From contig NZ_CP011391.1 in NCBI RefSeq assembly GCF_001564455.1, forward strand, positions 990,001 to 1,022,000: a DNA stretch of 32,000 bases. Direction: 5' to 3'. The stretch's first letter is position 1, and every line of letters begins with the position of its first letter. The position numbers and the translations under genes were made by a program. Shown piece by piece: positions 1-8,488 of the stretch. This DNA is from Faecalibaculum rodentium. Its GTDB lineage: Bacteria; Bacillota_I; Bacilli_A; Erysipelotrichales; Erysipelotrichaceae. The notes under the pieces were generated by a model. The model was not told the DNA's origin. It did no database searches and saw only the letters and a list, made by a program, of their open reading frames with translations.

Positions 1-567
1 ATGATCAACCAGATCATTGCCGAGTGCGATAATGTGAAGATCGACATCGATGACGATGGTCAGGTCGTGATCTATCACCAGGATCAGGCTGCCATTGACA
101 AGGCGAAGGAACGGATCGCCGAAATCGTCCGTGAGGCAAAAGTCGGCGAAATCTACGAAGGCAAAGTTGTGCGGATCGAGAGCTTCGGCGCCTTCGTGAA
201 TCTGTTCGGCCACACCGACGGTCTGCTGCACATCTCCAATATTTCCCACAACCGCGTGGAGAAAGTCGAAGATGTCCTGAAAATCGGAGACCTGATCGAT
301 GTCAAGGTCATGGAAATCGACAACAAGGGCCGTGTGAATGTTTCTGCGAAAGCTCTGCTGCCTCGACCGCACAGGGAACCCGGTCAGGAACATGAGGAGC
401 GGGAGCGCCGCGGCAGCCGTGATGGCCGCCGGGAGGGAAGAAACCGTTCTGACCGGCGGGATCGCGGTGAGCGCCCAAGAAGAGACCGCAGACCTCAGGA
501 AGCCAGGGAACAGGCTGCTGAAACCGGACCGGTCCAGGCTCCTGAAAGAACAGAAACAGCAGAATAA
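1..567 (+). CDS. pnp: polynucleotide phosphorylase (PNPase), C-terminal part (KH/S1 region plus Arg-rich tail); 5' end lies outside the window
   Basis: The ORF runs from the window edge. It has the S1-domain signature [68 protein letters not shown], typical of the PNPase C-terminus. A 68-aa R/E/D-rich tail follows. Confidence 0.9.
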   Translation: MINQIIAECDNVKIDIDDDGQVVIYHQDQAAIDKAKERIAEIVREAKVGEIYEGKVVRIESFGAFVNLFGHTDGLLHISNISHNRVEKVEDVLKIGDLIDVKVMEIDNKGRVNVSAKALLPRPHREPGQEHEERERRGSRDGRREGRNRSDRRDRGERPRRDRRPQEAREQAAETGPVQAPERTETAE

Positions 568-629
568 GATCCGCAGCGGCAGCAACAGCCAGCTGCCGGA
601 TGGCGCATCTCACAGACAACGTGGAAGAA

Positions 630-676
630 GGCTGCAGCCGCATCATGAATCAAATCATGCAGGGCTACAGCCTTTT
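630..676 (+). terminator. candidate pnp intrinsic terminator
   Basis: GGCTGCAGCC (630-639) pairs 9/10 with GGCTACAGCC (663-672) and is followed by TTTTCTGT. The loop is long (23 nt), so confidence is moderate. Confidence 0.4.
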
Positions 677-751
677 CTGTCCAGTGATCTCTGTTTCCGG
701 AAGACAGAATCAATCCATGAATGCTGCATCCCTGCAGTCCGTTCAGGATAT

Positions 752-788
752 GAAACAGCCAGGCTCGCATTCAGAACCTGGCTGTTTC
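752..788. other. perfect 12-bp stem hairpin between the convergent pnp and FemAB-family genes
   Basis: GAAACAGCCAGG-N13-CCTGGCTGTTTC is a perfect inverted repeat. Neither strand has a flanking U-tract, so it is not a textbook intrinsic terminator. Confidence 0.4.
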
Positions 789-846
789 AAATATGGAGTC
801 TGCAGTCATTCCTGAGATATGTTCATTCAGAAGGAATGATCACCCG

Positions 847-1905
847 TCACTGGACTGCAGTTTTCTTTTCGTACAGAGGAAGCACCAGTTTGTACATGAG
901 CGGTTTGACAGGAATGTCGAACTCTCCGATGTATTCCCGTACATCTGCCCCCAGACTGTGTTTGTGGTTTGAAAGGCCGTCCTCCAGGGACCCCTCCACA
1001 CCGCTCATATCACAATAGCGGATACCGTGCTCCTGTGCATAGCGGTACGTGGCATCGTACAGAAACGCGCTGGCACCGGTTTTGCTGTAGGCATTGTTGT
1101 TGCCCATATACAGCATTTCCAGCTTGCCGTTGTAGCCGATGCTCAGGATCCCGCTGATGTAGGTGCCGTCCGCTGTACGGCACAGGCTGATGATGGCGCC
1201 GTCGAACTGATCCACGATCCGCTGGAAATAGTCATGATCCCGGAGTTTCACGCCTTTGCGGTCTTCAGTGCAGTGCATCAGACTGCTGAACACGTCCAGC
1301 AGGTCCGGATTCCTGCGGATATCACTGGCCGCGTAAATTTCGGCTTCCAGGTTTTCCTTTGCGGCTTTTTTAATGGCCCGCCTTGTATTGCGGGCATACC
1401 GGGCAGTGAAGTCATCCGTGACATCCACACCCATGTTGGTCCGCGGCTGCACGGTCTCGGCAATGCTCATGGTATAGCCTTTGTGGATGGCACCTCCCTC
1501 ATTGACAAAGCGGTCCACGGCCTGCTGATTGTGTCCTTCAGGTCTGCCGTCCTTCAGCATGAACCGGTTGTCCAGAATATAGGGATCGAATTTGATGAAG
1601 ATGCACTTGTCCTGACGGCTTGCGTTTTTGATATGATTGAGCAGTTCGATCATCAGGTCCTGATCCTGGCCGTCGGCAATGGGGCCCCGGGGGATATAGT
1701 ACATGGAATACCCAAGGGGGAGAGGTTTGACCAGGACCATGGCAGCGGCGACGATGGAATGATGACTGTCCTCCAGCGCAAACAGACGACGCTGCCAGTT
1801 GGACTTGACAGCTGCCCAGTGCATGGACTGAAGCGCCACGCCATGTTCACTCATATAAGCTTCAAATGCATGTTCATCAGGTGTTGATATGAATTGGTAT
1901 GCCAT
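847..1905 (-). CDS. FemAB-family peptidoglycan interpeptide-bridge aminoacyltransferase (FemX/MurM-like)
   Basis: The ORF is 352 aa. The length and motifs such as LPLGYSMYYIPRGP and GKLEMLYMGNNNAYSKTGASAFLY resemble FemABX/MurM family proteins. It is convergent with pnp. Confidence 0.8.
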   Translation of the reverse strand: MAYQFISTPDEHAFEAYMSEHGVALQSMHWAAVKSNWQRRLFALEDSHHSIVAAAMVLVKPLPLGYSMYYIPRGPIADGQDQDLMIELLNHIKNASRQDKCIFIKFDPYILDNRFMLKDGRPEGHNQQAVDRFVNEGGAIHKGYTMSIAETVQPRTNMGVDVTDDFTARYARNTRRAIKKAAKENLEAEIYAASDIRRNPDLLDVFSSLMHCTEDRKGVKLRDHDYFQRIVDQFDGAIISLCRTADGTYISGILSIGYNGKLEMLYMGNNNAYSKTGASAFLYDATYRYAQEHGIRYCDMSGVEGSLEDGLSNHKHSLGADVREYIGEFDIPVKPLMYKLVLPLYEKKTAVQ

Positions 1906-2142
1906 TATATTCCTGCCTTCCCATTACTTCATTATATCCGGCTGTCAACCAGTCAATCCCGGTCATGACTGTCCCGGGGACAGGAACAGGCATTCAGGCA
2001 CTCCTGACAGCCACCTGCCTGCATTGAGTGGCTGTATGTATGTGATGGCGCACAGGCAGTTGTATCTGAAAGAACCAAGTAGTCTGCCCTTGTCCTGTAT
2101 GTCGCGGGTTCTGTGCTAAAATCGTTGTGAGGTGAAAGACAT

Positions 2143-3540
2143 ATGGATTTCAGAAAACTCGCTGAAGAACAGAAACCTTCCTTTCTGAAGGACCTGAATA
2201 CAATCATTTCCATCAACTCGGTTCGGGACGAAGCAACGGCAGGACCCGGAAAACCCTTTGGCAATGGACCGAAGGAAGCCCTGGATGCCATGCTTTCCAT
2301 GGGAAAACGGGACGGATTTGATGTGAAAAACATCGATGGATATGCCGGTGTTGTAGAATACGGTGATCCTGACAATCCGGATACCCTGGGCATTCTGGGC
2401 CACCTGGACATCGTGCCCCTGGGTGAGGGGTGGACCAAACAACCGCTTGCACTGACAGTGAATGACGGCTACCTGTTTGGCCGCGGCGTACTGGATGACA
2501 AAGGCCCCACCATGGCAGCGTACTACGCGCTGAAACTGATCCGGGAGGCAAAGATCCCCCTGAAAAAGCGGGTCATGCTGGTCATGGGCTGCGACGAAGA
2601 GTCCGGCATGGAATGCATGAACTATTATCTGTCTCATGCGGAAATCCCGAAAACCGGGTTCGTGCCCGATGCAGATTTCCCGGTGATTTACGGGGAAAAG
2701 GGTGGGGCACATATCATCCTGGAGAGCGAAACACCAACCGCGATCCGGTCCATGCACGCAGGCATCCGCCCCAATATCGTCATCGGCAAGGCGGACATGA
2801 CCACCGACAAAGCCACAGAGCTTCAGAAAGAACTCTTTGCATTCTTCCTGAAGGCCAACAGCCTGGAAGGATCCTGGAAGGACAACGAAGACGCGACCAC
2901 GACCTGGCATGTGGAAGGCACTCCCTCTCATGCGGCCTGGCCGTATAAAGGGGTGAACGCCGCGGTGCAGCTGCTGCGGTTTGCCGGAGCGGCATTCAAT
3001 GACAAACTCGCGCACGCGCTGGGCTGGCTGACCTCCGACTGGACCGGCAAAAACCTGGGCATCCAGCAGGATGGCCTGTATATGGGTATGCTGACGCAGA
3101 ACCCGGGCATTGTGGATATTGAAAACGGAAAGACCAGCGTTCTCCTGGATATCCGGTATCCCAATGAAACAAACGGACAGGAACTCCTGGAAAAAATCCG
3201 GAAAGCTGCCGATGGAACCGAAGCGGGCATTCATGCAGTCCTGAAATCGGATTCCAGGCCGCTGTTCGTGGATCCGGATTCGACACTGGTCAAAACGCTG
3301 ATGGACGTTTATCGGACACATACCGGAGATGCATATTCTCCTGCGATCACCATTGGCGGCGGTACGTATGCCCGGAAATTTGAAAACTTCGTCTCCTTTG
3401 GCCCGGAACTGCCCAATGACGTGAAAACCACGGATCAGTTTGTGGGTGGTCCTCATCAGCGGGATGAGGGAATCCGGGAGAGTGACCTGATCAATGCGAT
3501 TGCCATCTATGCCGATGCGATCCTGCGGCTGGCGGCCTGA
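2143..3540 (+). CDS. pepV: M20-family dipeptidase PepV
   Basis: The ORF is 465 aa. It has the M20 metal-binding and catalytic motif LGHLDIVPLGEGWTKQPL...GRGVLDDKGP and a PepV-like length. The SD GAGGTG lies 8 nt upstream of the ATG, and an extended -10 TGcTAAAAT lies upstream. Confidence 0.85.
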   Translation: MDFRKLAEEQKPSFLKDLNTIISINSVRDEATAGPGKPFGNGPKEALDAMLSMGKRDGFDVKNIDGYAGVVEYGDPDNPDTLGILGHLDIVPLGEGWTKQPLALTVNDGYLFGRGVLDDKGPTMAAYYALKLIREAKIPLKKRVMLVMGCDEESGMECMNYYLSHAEIPKTGFVPDADFPVIYGEKGGAHIILESETPTAIRSMHAGIRPNIVIGKADMTTDKATELQKELFAFFLKANSLEGSWKDNEDATTTWHVEGTPSHAAWPYKGVNAAVQLLRFAGAAFNDKLAHALGWLTSDWTGKNLGIQQDGLYMGMLTQNPGIVDIENGKTSVLLDIRYPNETNGQELLEKIRKAADGTEAGIHAVLKSDSRPLFVDPDSTLVKTLMDVYRTHTGDAYSPAITIGGGTYARKFENFVSFGPELPNDVKTTDQFVGGPHQRDEGIRESDLINAIAIYADAILRLAA

Positions 3541-3546
3541 GTCTGC

Positions 3547-4269
3547 ATGAGAATGAGACGAGTGGGCTGGGCAGTGGAGTACCTGGACGAAGCAGAAAAA
3601 CTGGTCCGGGACCCGGAAGCCCATGCCGGTCAGTGGAAGAGCCTGTTTACCGGTGATTCGCAGACGGACTCTCTGTCCACAGAGGATGAACAGGCTGCAG
3701 AAACCGGAAATCGGACAGACTCTCCCCTGTGTTCGCAGGTCCCGGGACGACTACATGTGGAAGTGGGGACAGGAAAAGGCGGGTACAGTCTGCAGATGGC
3801 GGCGCTGTATCCCGAAGAGCGGTTTGTGGCAGTGGAAAAAAACGACAGCGCTGCCGGCATTGCTGCGAAAAAATATGATGAAGAAGGAACAGACAACCTT
3901 CTTCTGATCTGGAATGACGCCAGATTCATCGACAGCTGGTTTGCACCGGAGGAAGTGGATGTCATACATCTGAATTTCTCCGATCCCTGGCCCAAGAACC
4001 GCAACGCCAAGCGCCGGCTCTCTGCCGATTCTTTTCTCCGGCAGTATGAAAAGATCCTGAAACCTGATGGGGAACTGGCCATGAAAACCGACAATGCCCG
4101 GCTGTTTGAGTACTCTCTGCTGCAGTTTTCAAAGGCCGGGTGGCCTCTGCTGGATGCAAGCGTCGATTTTCGGCGCGAAGACCACCCGGAGGATGCCATG
4201 ACAGAGTATGAGAGCAAATTTGCAGCAGAAGGCAAGCCTATATACCGGGCGGTATGGAGAAGAAAATGA
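3547..4269 (+). CDS. trmB: tRNA (guanine-N7)-methyltransferase TrmB
   Basis: The SAM-binding motif is VEVGTGKGG and the family motif is IHLNFSDPWPKNRNAKRRL. An insert of about 35 aa (GDSQTDSLSTEDEQAAETGNRTDSPLCSQVPGR) precedes the SAM motif. Confidence 0.85.
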   Translation: MRMRRVGWAVEYLDEAEKLVRDPEAHAGQWKSLFTGDSQTDSLSTEDEQAAETGNRTDSPLCSQVPGRLHVEVGTGKGGYSLQMAALYPEERFVAVEKNDSAAGIAAKKYDEEGTDNLLLIWNDARFIDSWFAPEEVDVIHLNFSDPWPKNRNAKRRLSADSFLRQYEKILKPDGELAMKTDNARLFEYSLLQFSKAGWPLLDASVDFRREDHPEDAMTEYESKFAAEGKPIYRAVWRRK

Positions 4270-4583
4270 AAGATATGACCAGCTTCCAGGAAGTCCTGGA
4301 TACAGACGGCATCAGCTGCATTCTGTTTACAGCCAACTGGTGTCCGGACTGCATTGCGATCCGGCCGTTTATGCCAAAAATCGAGAAAGAATTCAGCAAT
4401 ATCACATTCTACAAAGCGGACAGGGACAAGTTCATCGACCTGTGCCAGGAACTGAACATTCTGGGTATCCCCAGTTTTGTCTGCTTTGAGCACGGCAGGG
4501 AGATTTCCCGGTTTGTGTCGAAGTTTTCCAAGACCGAAGCCGAGATACAGGCATTTCTGACGCAGACCATTCAGAAAGGATAG
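4266..4583 (+). CDS. thioredoxin-family protein (WCPDC active site)
   Basis: FTANWCPDCIAIRPF has a CxxC thioredoxin-fold motif. I place the start at the ATG at 4266, which forms an ATGA overlap with the trmB stop and follows GGAG. The ORF track starts at 4254. Confidence 0.75.
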   Translation: MKDMTSFQEVLDTDGISCILFTANWCPDCIAIRPFMPKIEKEFSNITFYKADRDKFIDLCQELNILGIPSFVCFEHGREISRFVSKFSKTEAEIQAFLTQTIQKG

Positions 4584-4586
4584 ACA

Positions 4587-5267
4587 ATGGCAATCAAAGA
4601 TTTCATGCATGCCCTCTTCAAGGAAGAAGTGGACGAAGAAACCGAAGAGCTGACGGCAGCTCCCGAACAGGGGGAACTGGAACCGCCCACCACGGTGGTG
4701 ACTGAAACAGAATACGAAGAGATCAAGGCTGCACAGCCTCCCAGAGAGCAGCCGGTGCAGCAGTTTGCCGCTCCTGAACCCGCCGCAGCTGCAGCATCGG
4801 CAGCTGATACGGGACCGGCCAGCATTTTTGCCGGTCTGGATATGTCCGAAATCGAAAAAGGACCTGCAGGACAGAGGCCGGCGGCATCCAGCCGGCAAGT
4901 CTATAAGTTTGACCGGTCCAAACTCAGCAAAGTGAGCGCCACAGACGAGTATCAGGCGGTGATTTCTCCCATCTTCGGCAATATCGAAGATGAGGACAAG
5001 GAATACGAAAAGGTCCACAACGCCGTGGAGCTGCCCAAACCGGAGGAAGGGTTCTCCATGACCACCGTCATTTCTCCCATGTTCGGCAGTTCGCTGCCGC
5101 AGCAGGAGCCCGTCGAGCGGATTCCGGACTATCGCAAAAAAGAAACAAAGAAGCCGGCACCGGTCACCGACCTGCTGGATACCGGCAAGCCGAAGGGATA
5201 CGACCCCGATCCGCTGCTTCCCGTGGAGGAAGACAAGCCGGAGACAAAGACGGGAGACAGGCAGTAA
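4587..5267 (+). CDS. hypothetical acidic, Pro/Ala-rich and probably disordered protein with an N-terminal amphipathic segment and a repeated VISP(I/M)FG motif
   Basis: This 226-aa ORF is packed tightly between the thioredoxin-like gene and murC; its TAA stop overlaps the murC ATG as TAATG. No family was recognised. Confidence 0.6.
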   Translation: MAIKDFMHALFKEEVDEETEELTAAPEQGELEPPTTVVTETEYEEIKAAQPPREQPVQQFAAPEPAAAAASAADTGPASIFAGLDMSEIEKGPAGQRPAASSRQVYKFDRSKLSKVSATDEYQAVISPIFGNIEDEDKEYEKVHNAVELPKPEEGFSMTTVISPMFGSSLPQQEPVERIPDYRKKETKKPAPVTDLLDTGKPKGYDPDPLLPVEEDKPETKTGDRQ

Positions 5268-6589
5268 TGGCAGTCCACTTTACGGGGATCAAGGGAACCG
5301 GCATGGCTGCCCTGGCCGGCATTCTCAAGGATGAAGGATTCGACGTAAAGGGATCCGATATCGACAAGTACATCTTCACGCAGGATGAACTCGAGAAGCG
5401 GGGGATTCCGGTCAGCTCCTTTGACCCGGCCAACATTCACGCGGGAGACACTGTCATCGCCGGCCTGTCCTTTGATGAAGCACATCCGGAGATTCAGAAG
5501 GCACTGGCGGATCCGACGGTGACTGTGTACTGGTACAACGAATACCTGGGGAAACTGCTGGAGCGTTATGAATCCATTTCCATCGCCGGAACCCATGGCA
5601 AGTCCACGACCACCGGTCTGCTCGCCAGCGTGCTGAAACTCCAGGCACCTACAGGATTTCTGATCGGGGACGGCCATGGCAGCATGCCGGAACACGCCAG
5701 ATATTTCATACTGGAATCCTGCGAATTCAAGCGGCATTTCCTGGCTTACCATCCTGATTATGCAATCATCACCAACATTGAACTGGATCATGTGGATTAC
5801 TACCGGGACATGGAAGACTATGTGTCGGCGTTCCAGTCCTTTGCGGATCAGGTCAAAAAGCTGGCGGTCGTCTGCGGGGATGACGAGCATCTCGTCCGGC
5901 TTCACTATAGCTGCCCGTATGTGACGTATGGCCTGAAGGATGGCTGTGATTACCAGGCGGTGAATGTCCAGGATGATGAACATGGCATATCCTTCGATGT
6001 AAGGAAGGACGGAAACATCATCGCCCATACTGCGCTTCCAGAGTCCGGCTATCCGTTCCTGATTGACAGTCTGGGTGTCTTTGCCATGGCCAGTGAGCTA
6101 GGCATGGACCCGGAAACCATTGAAGAGGGACTGCATGACTACCAGGGGATCAACCGGCGGTTCGTCATTGAGGAAGCGGGAAACAGCATTCTGATTGACG
6201 ACTACGCCCATCATCCAACGGCGATCCGGTATATGATCGAGGCAGCCAGGAGCCGGTACCCCGGACGGAAGGTCATTGCGCTGTACAAGCCGGATCGTTA
6301 CTCCCGGCTGCAGTTCTTCCTGGATGAGTTTGCCGAGTCCATGTCTCTTGCGGATGAGGCCATCCTGCTGGATTTCCCGAAAAACGCTGTACGGGAGGAC
6401 GATACGATCACTGTGACGATCCAGGACCTGATCGACCGGGTGCCCGGAAGTATCCAGGGTGAGGTCGACCAGGCAACAGCCGGGAAACTGGCAGCGGAAG
6501 ATGGTGCAGTGTTCCTGTTCATGAGCAGCAAGGATATTTACCTGCTGCGGGACATGGTGCGCGATCTACTGGAAAAACAGCCTGGGTAA
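5267..6589 (+). CDS. murC: UDP-N-acetylmuramate--L-alanine ligase MurC
   Basis: The ORF is 440 aa with the N-terminal HFTGIKGTGMAALAGILKDEGFDVKGSD, the Mur-ligase P-loop AGTHGKSTTT and DDYAHHP. Confidence 0.92.
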   Translation: MAVHFTGIKGTGMAALAGILKDEGFDVKGSDIDKYIFTQDELEKRGIPVSSFDPANIHAGDTVIAGLSFDEAHPEIQKALADPTVTVYWYNEYLGKLLERYESISIAGTHGKSTTTGLLASVLKLQAPTGFLIGDGHGSMPEHARYFILESCEFKRHFLAYHPDYAIITNIELDHVDYYRDMEDYVSAFQSFADQVKKLAVVCGDDEHLVRLHYSCPYVTYGLKDGCDYQAVNVQDDEHGISFDVRKDGNIIAHTALPESGYPFLIDSLGVFAMASELGMDPETIEEGLHDYQGINRRFVIEEAGNSILIDDYAHHPTAIRYMIEAARSRYPGRKVIALYKPDRYSRLQFFLDEFAESMSLADEAILLDFPKNAVREDDTITVTIQDLIDRVPGSIQGEVDQATAGKLAAEDGAVFLFMSSKDIYLLRDMVRDLLEKQPG

Positions 6590-6610
6590 TCCGGATATTT
6601 CCTGCACTGC

Positions 6611-6641
6611 AAACCGCGGAATCGGATGGTTCCGCGGTTTT
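6611..6641 (+). terminator. murC intrinsic terminator
   Basis: AAACCGCGGA-N10-TCCGCGGTTT is a perfect 10-bp stem whose 3' arm runs into a T tract. Confidence 0.7.
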
Positions 6642-6727
6642 GCTCCTGCCTGCGGCGTCAGGCATCCTTTTACCGGATGCAGGATGTACAATACAGACAG
6701 GAGCAAAGAAACGAATGAGGTGCAGAT

Positions 6728-7054
6728 ATGCTGAGAGAACTGAACAATGAACGCCGAAACCTGGTATCGGATATCAAGCTGGAAGCGGCCAGCCGTGCAC
6801 TGCGGGAAGCCGCAGACCGGCTCGATGACCGGATAATTCCCCTGAAGGGCAATCACCGGCAATATGAAGAACGCAACCACGAAGAAGATGTGAAGGATAT
6901 CGTGATTCTCGCAGTGGCTGCAGGTCTGTCCGCTGCCGCTGTGATTGCGGTGATCGTTATGGTGACAAAACTGGTGAAGAAAAGCCGGGAAAAAGCCGAT
7001 GAAAAGCTGGAGGAGATCAAACACGATCTGGAACGCCGCATCGAACAGGCGTAA
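6728..7054 (+). CDS. hypothetical small membrane protein (one TM segment flanked by charged helices)
   Basis: The ORF is 108 aa. The SD GAGGTG lies 5 nt upstream of the ATG. The hydrophobic segment is IVILAVAAGLSAAAVIAVIVMV. The gene has its own terminator downstream. Confidence 0.55.
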   Translation: MLRELNNERRNLVSDIKLEAASRALREAADRLDDRIIPLKGNHRQYEERNHEEDVKDIVILAVAAGLSAAAVIAVIVMVTKLVKKSREKADEKLEEIKHDLERRIEQA

Positions 7055-7070
7055 ACACTGACGGGAAGAG

Positions 7071-7096
7071 GGCTGCAGAACTGCAGCCTTTTTTAT
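7071..7096 (+). terminator. intrinsic terminator
   Basis: GGCTGCAG-AA-CTGCAGCC is followed by TTTTTTAT. Confidence 0.7.
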
Positions 7097-7314
7097 GGAG
7101 TCCTGTCTGCAAAAACTGCCGTCAGTCTCCTCTGCAGTCACCTGGTCCTGTACTCCTGTGCCGCGAGGCTGCCTTTGCAGAGAGCGGCCCAGGCAGCTGA
7201 CCGGCTGTTCCGTAAATCGAAAGAGTTTGGAAATCCCATAAATTCAGACAGTTTGTAAGCACTGTGAGAATTATGAAAATTGTTTCAAACCGGTAAGGGG
7301 TGACAGGGGAATCA

Positions 7315-7323
7315 TGCTATAAT
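7315..7323 (+). promoter_or_regulatory. extended -10 promoter element TGcTATAAT
   Basis: TGCTATAAT lies 19 nt upstream of the ATG at 7342, with the SD GAGGTG in between. There is no good -35. Confidence 0.5.
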
Positions 7324-7341
7324 CGCTCTGAGGTGATATCA

Positions 7342-7749
7342 ATGAGTCTGGACCAACTGATGCAGGCTGTTTCACAGTTCGCTTCCTGGCTGCTGCCTGT
7401 GGCAGGTGTAGCCGTACTGGTCTACCTGGTCCTGTTCCTCAAAACTCTGATTGAAACGCTGAAGGATCTTTCCCTGACCCTTCTGACAGCCCAGAATGAG
7501 ATCGAGAAACTGGACGGACCCCTGCAGACACTGGATGACCTGTCCAAAACCGTGGACGAAGTGCACGCTGCCATGAAGCAGATGGCATCTTCTGCTGCCA
7601 GATCGGCACAGGAGGGGATGGAGCATGTCCGTGAATGGTTTTCCAGATCCAGAGAGGAAGCACAGGAAACTGCCGACACCATTCGGGTGAAGGCGGATGA
7701 CATGATGACCGCTGCTGCTGCAGCCGCTGACAAAGCTATGGAGGATTGA
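7342..7749 (+). CDS. DUF948/YtxG-like membrane-anchored coiled-coil protein
   Basis: I moved the start to the ATG at 7342, which has an SD; the ORF-track GTG at 7300 lies upstream of the promoter element. An N-terminal TM segment (WLLPVAGVAVLVYLVLFL) is followed by a heptad-like region (LKTLIETLKDLSLTLLTAQNEIEKLDGPLQTLDDLSKTVDEV). The family assignment is from pattern memory only. Confidence 0.6.
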   Translation: MSLDQLMQAVSQFASWLLPVAGVAVLVYLVLFLKTLIETLKDLSLTLLTAQNEIEKLDGPLQTLDDLSKTVDEVHAAMKQMASSAARSAQEGMEHVREWFSRSREEAQETADTIRVKADDMMTAAAAAADKAMED

Positions 7750-7750
7750 C

Positions 7751-8479
7751 ATGACAGAAAAACCGAATGAACGTCCGGAAGACAAAAAGCCGGTTCAGCC
7801 GGATGAAACCGGAGCACAGAAAGAGGAACTGGAGCAGGTGGATGAAATGGAAAAAGAATCCATGTATGAGCTGCAGTCTCTGCGCGAAGCCAACAATGAA
7901 GCAAACGATGATGCCGTGAATGATGCCGAACAGGCCCTGAAGAAGATTTTTGAGGACATGCGGCGCTGGATCCGGGAAAACGGAGACCCGGAGGTCGTGA
8001 AGGAACGCCTGGAAAAGGGACGGCAGGACATTGCGAAGGTACTGACGGAAACCCGTGACAGCGTGATTGCACTCGCAAATTCCGAGCAGTTCAAAAAAAC
8101 GGTGGAAGCCGGCAAAGAGTTTGTGGTCGGCACAGGCAGCATGATCGCCGATGGTGTCAAATATGGCGCAGATCAGCTGATGAAGAATCCGACCATCAAC
8201 CGCGTTGTCACGGATGTGGACAGCAAACTGGATTCGCTTCGTGAAAACGAGAACCTGAAGGAAGTCGTGAACTCTGCAGAAGATGCCATGGACAAGCTGA
8301 ATGCAGCGATCTTCAACGGTATCCGCAGCTTTTTCAGCAAGCCGCAAACCGGTTCCCGACCGGAAGAGGCTGCAGCACCTGCTGAAACAGAAGAGCCTGC
8401 TGTGACGGAAGACAAGGACCTTCCGGCTGTGCGCACGGAACAGAGACCGGCGGTGACGGACCAGCCGGATAAGAAATAA
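7751..8479 (+). CDS. hypothetical acidic coiled-coil protein
   Basis: The ORF is 242 aa. The SD GGAGGA lies inside the end of the upstream gene, and the ATG is 1 nt after that gene's stop, suggesting translational coupling. No TM segment and no family recognised. Confidence 0.6.
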   Translation: MTEKPNERPEDKKPVQPDETGAQKEELEQVDEMEKESMYELQSLREANNEANDDAVNDAEQALKKIFEDMRRWIRENGDPEVVKERLEKGRQDIAKVLTETRDSVIALANSEQFKKTVEAGKEFVVGTGSMIADGVKYGADQLMKNPTINRVVTDVDSKLDSLRENENLKEVVNSAEDAMDKLNAAIFNGIRSFFSKPQTGSRPEEAAAPAETEEPAVTEDKDLPAVRTEQRPAVTDQPDKK

Positions 8480-8488
8480 CAGGCGTTC

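Noticed and set aside
600-815. A 71-aa ORF in the pnp/FemAB-family intergenic region.
   Set aside because: It has no SD, is Cys/Ser/Gln-rich with no motif, and spans the hairpins that look like terminators.
2116-3624. A long (502-aa) ORF antisense to pepV. There are similar long antisense or out-of-frame ORFs at 1027-1887, 3630-5018, 5129-6028, 8663-9820, 15481-16689, 17808-18959, 19011-20072, 20204-20986, 21538-22689 and 22840-24537.
   Set aside because: Each lies opposite or overlapping a gene with clear family motifs. Their translations are low-complexity (R/P/G/H/C-rich) with no recognisable motifs and no SD. Stop-poor alternative frames are expected at this GC content.
7282-7312. A possible SigB-type promoter (GTTTCA ... 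GGGTGA/GGGAAT) upstream of the ytxG-like gene, by analogy with B. subtilis ytxGHJ.
   Set aside because: The spacing to either GGG element (10 or 19 nt) does not fit the 12-15 nt SigB spacer. A good extended -10 sigma-A element is present, and SigB is not expected in this lineage.
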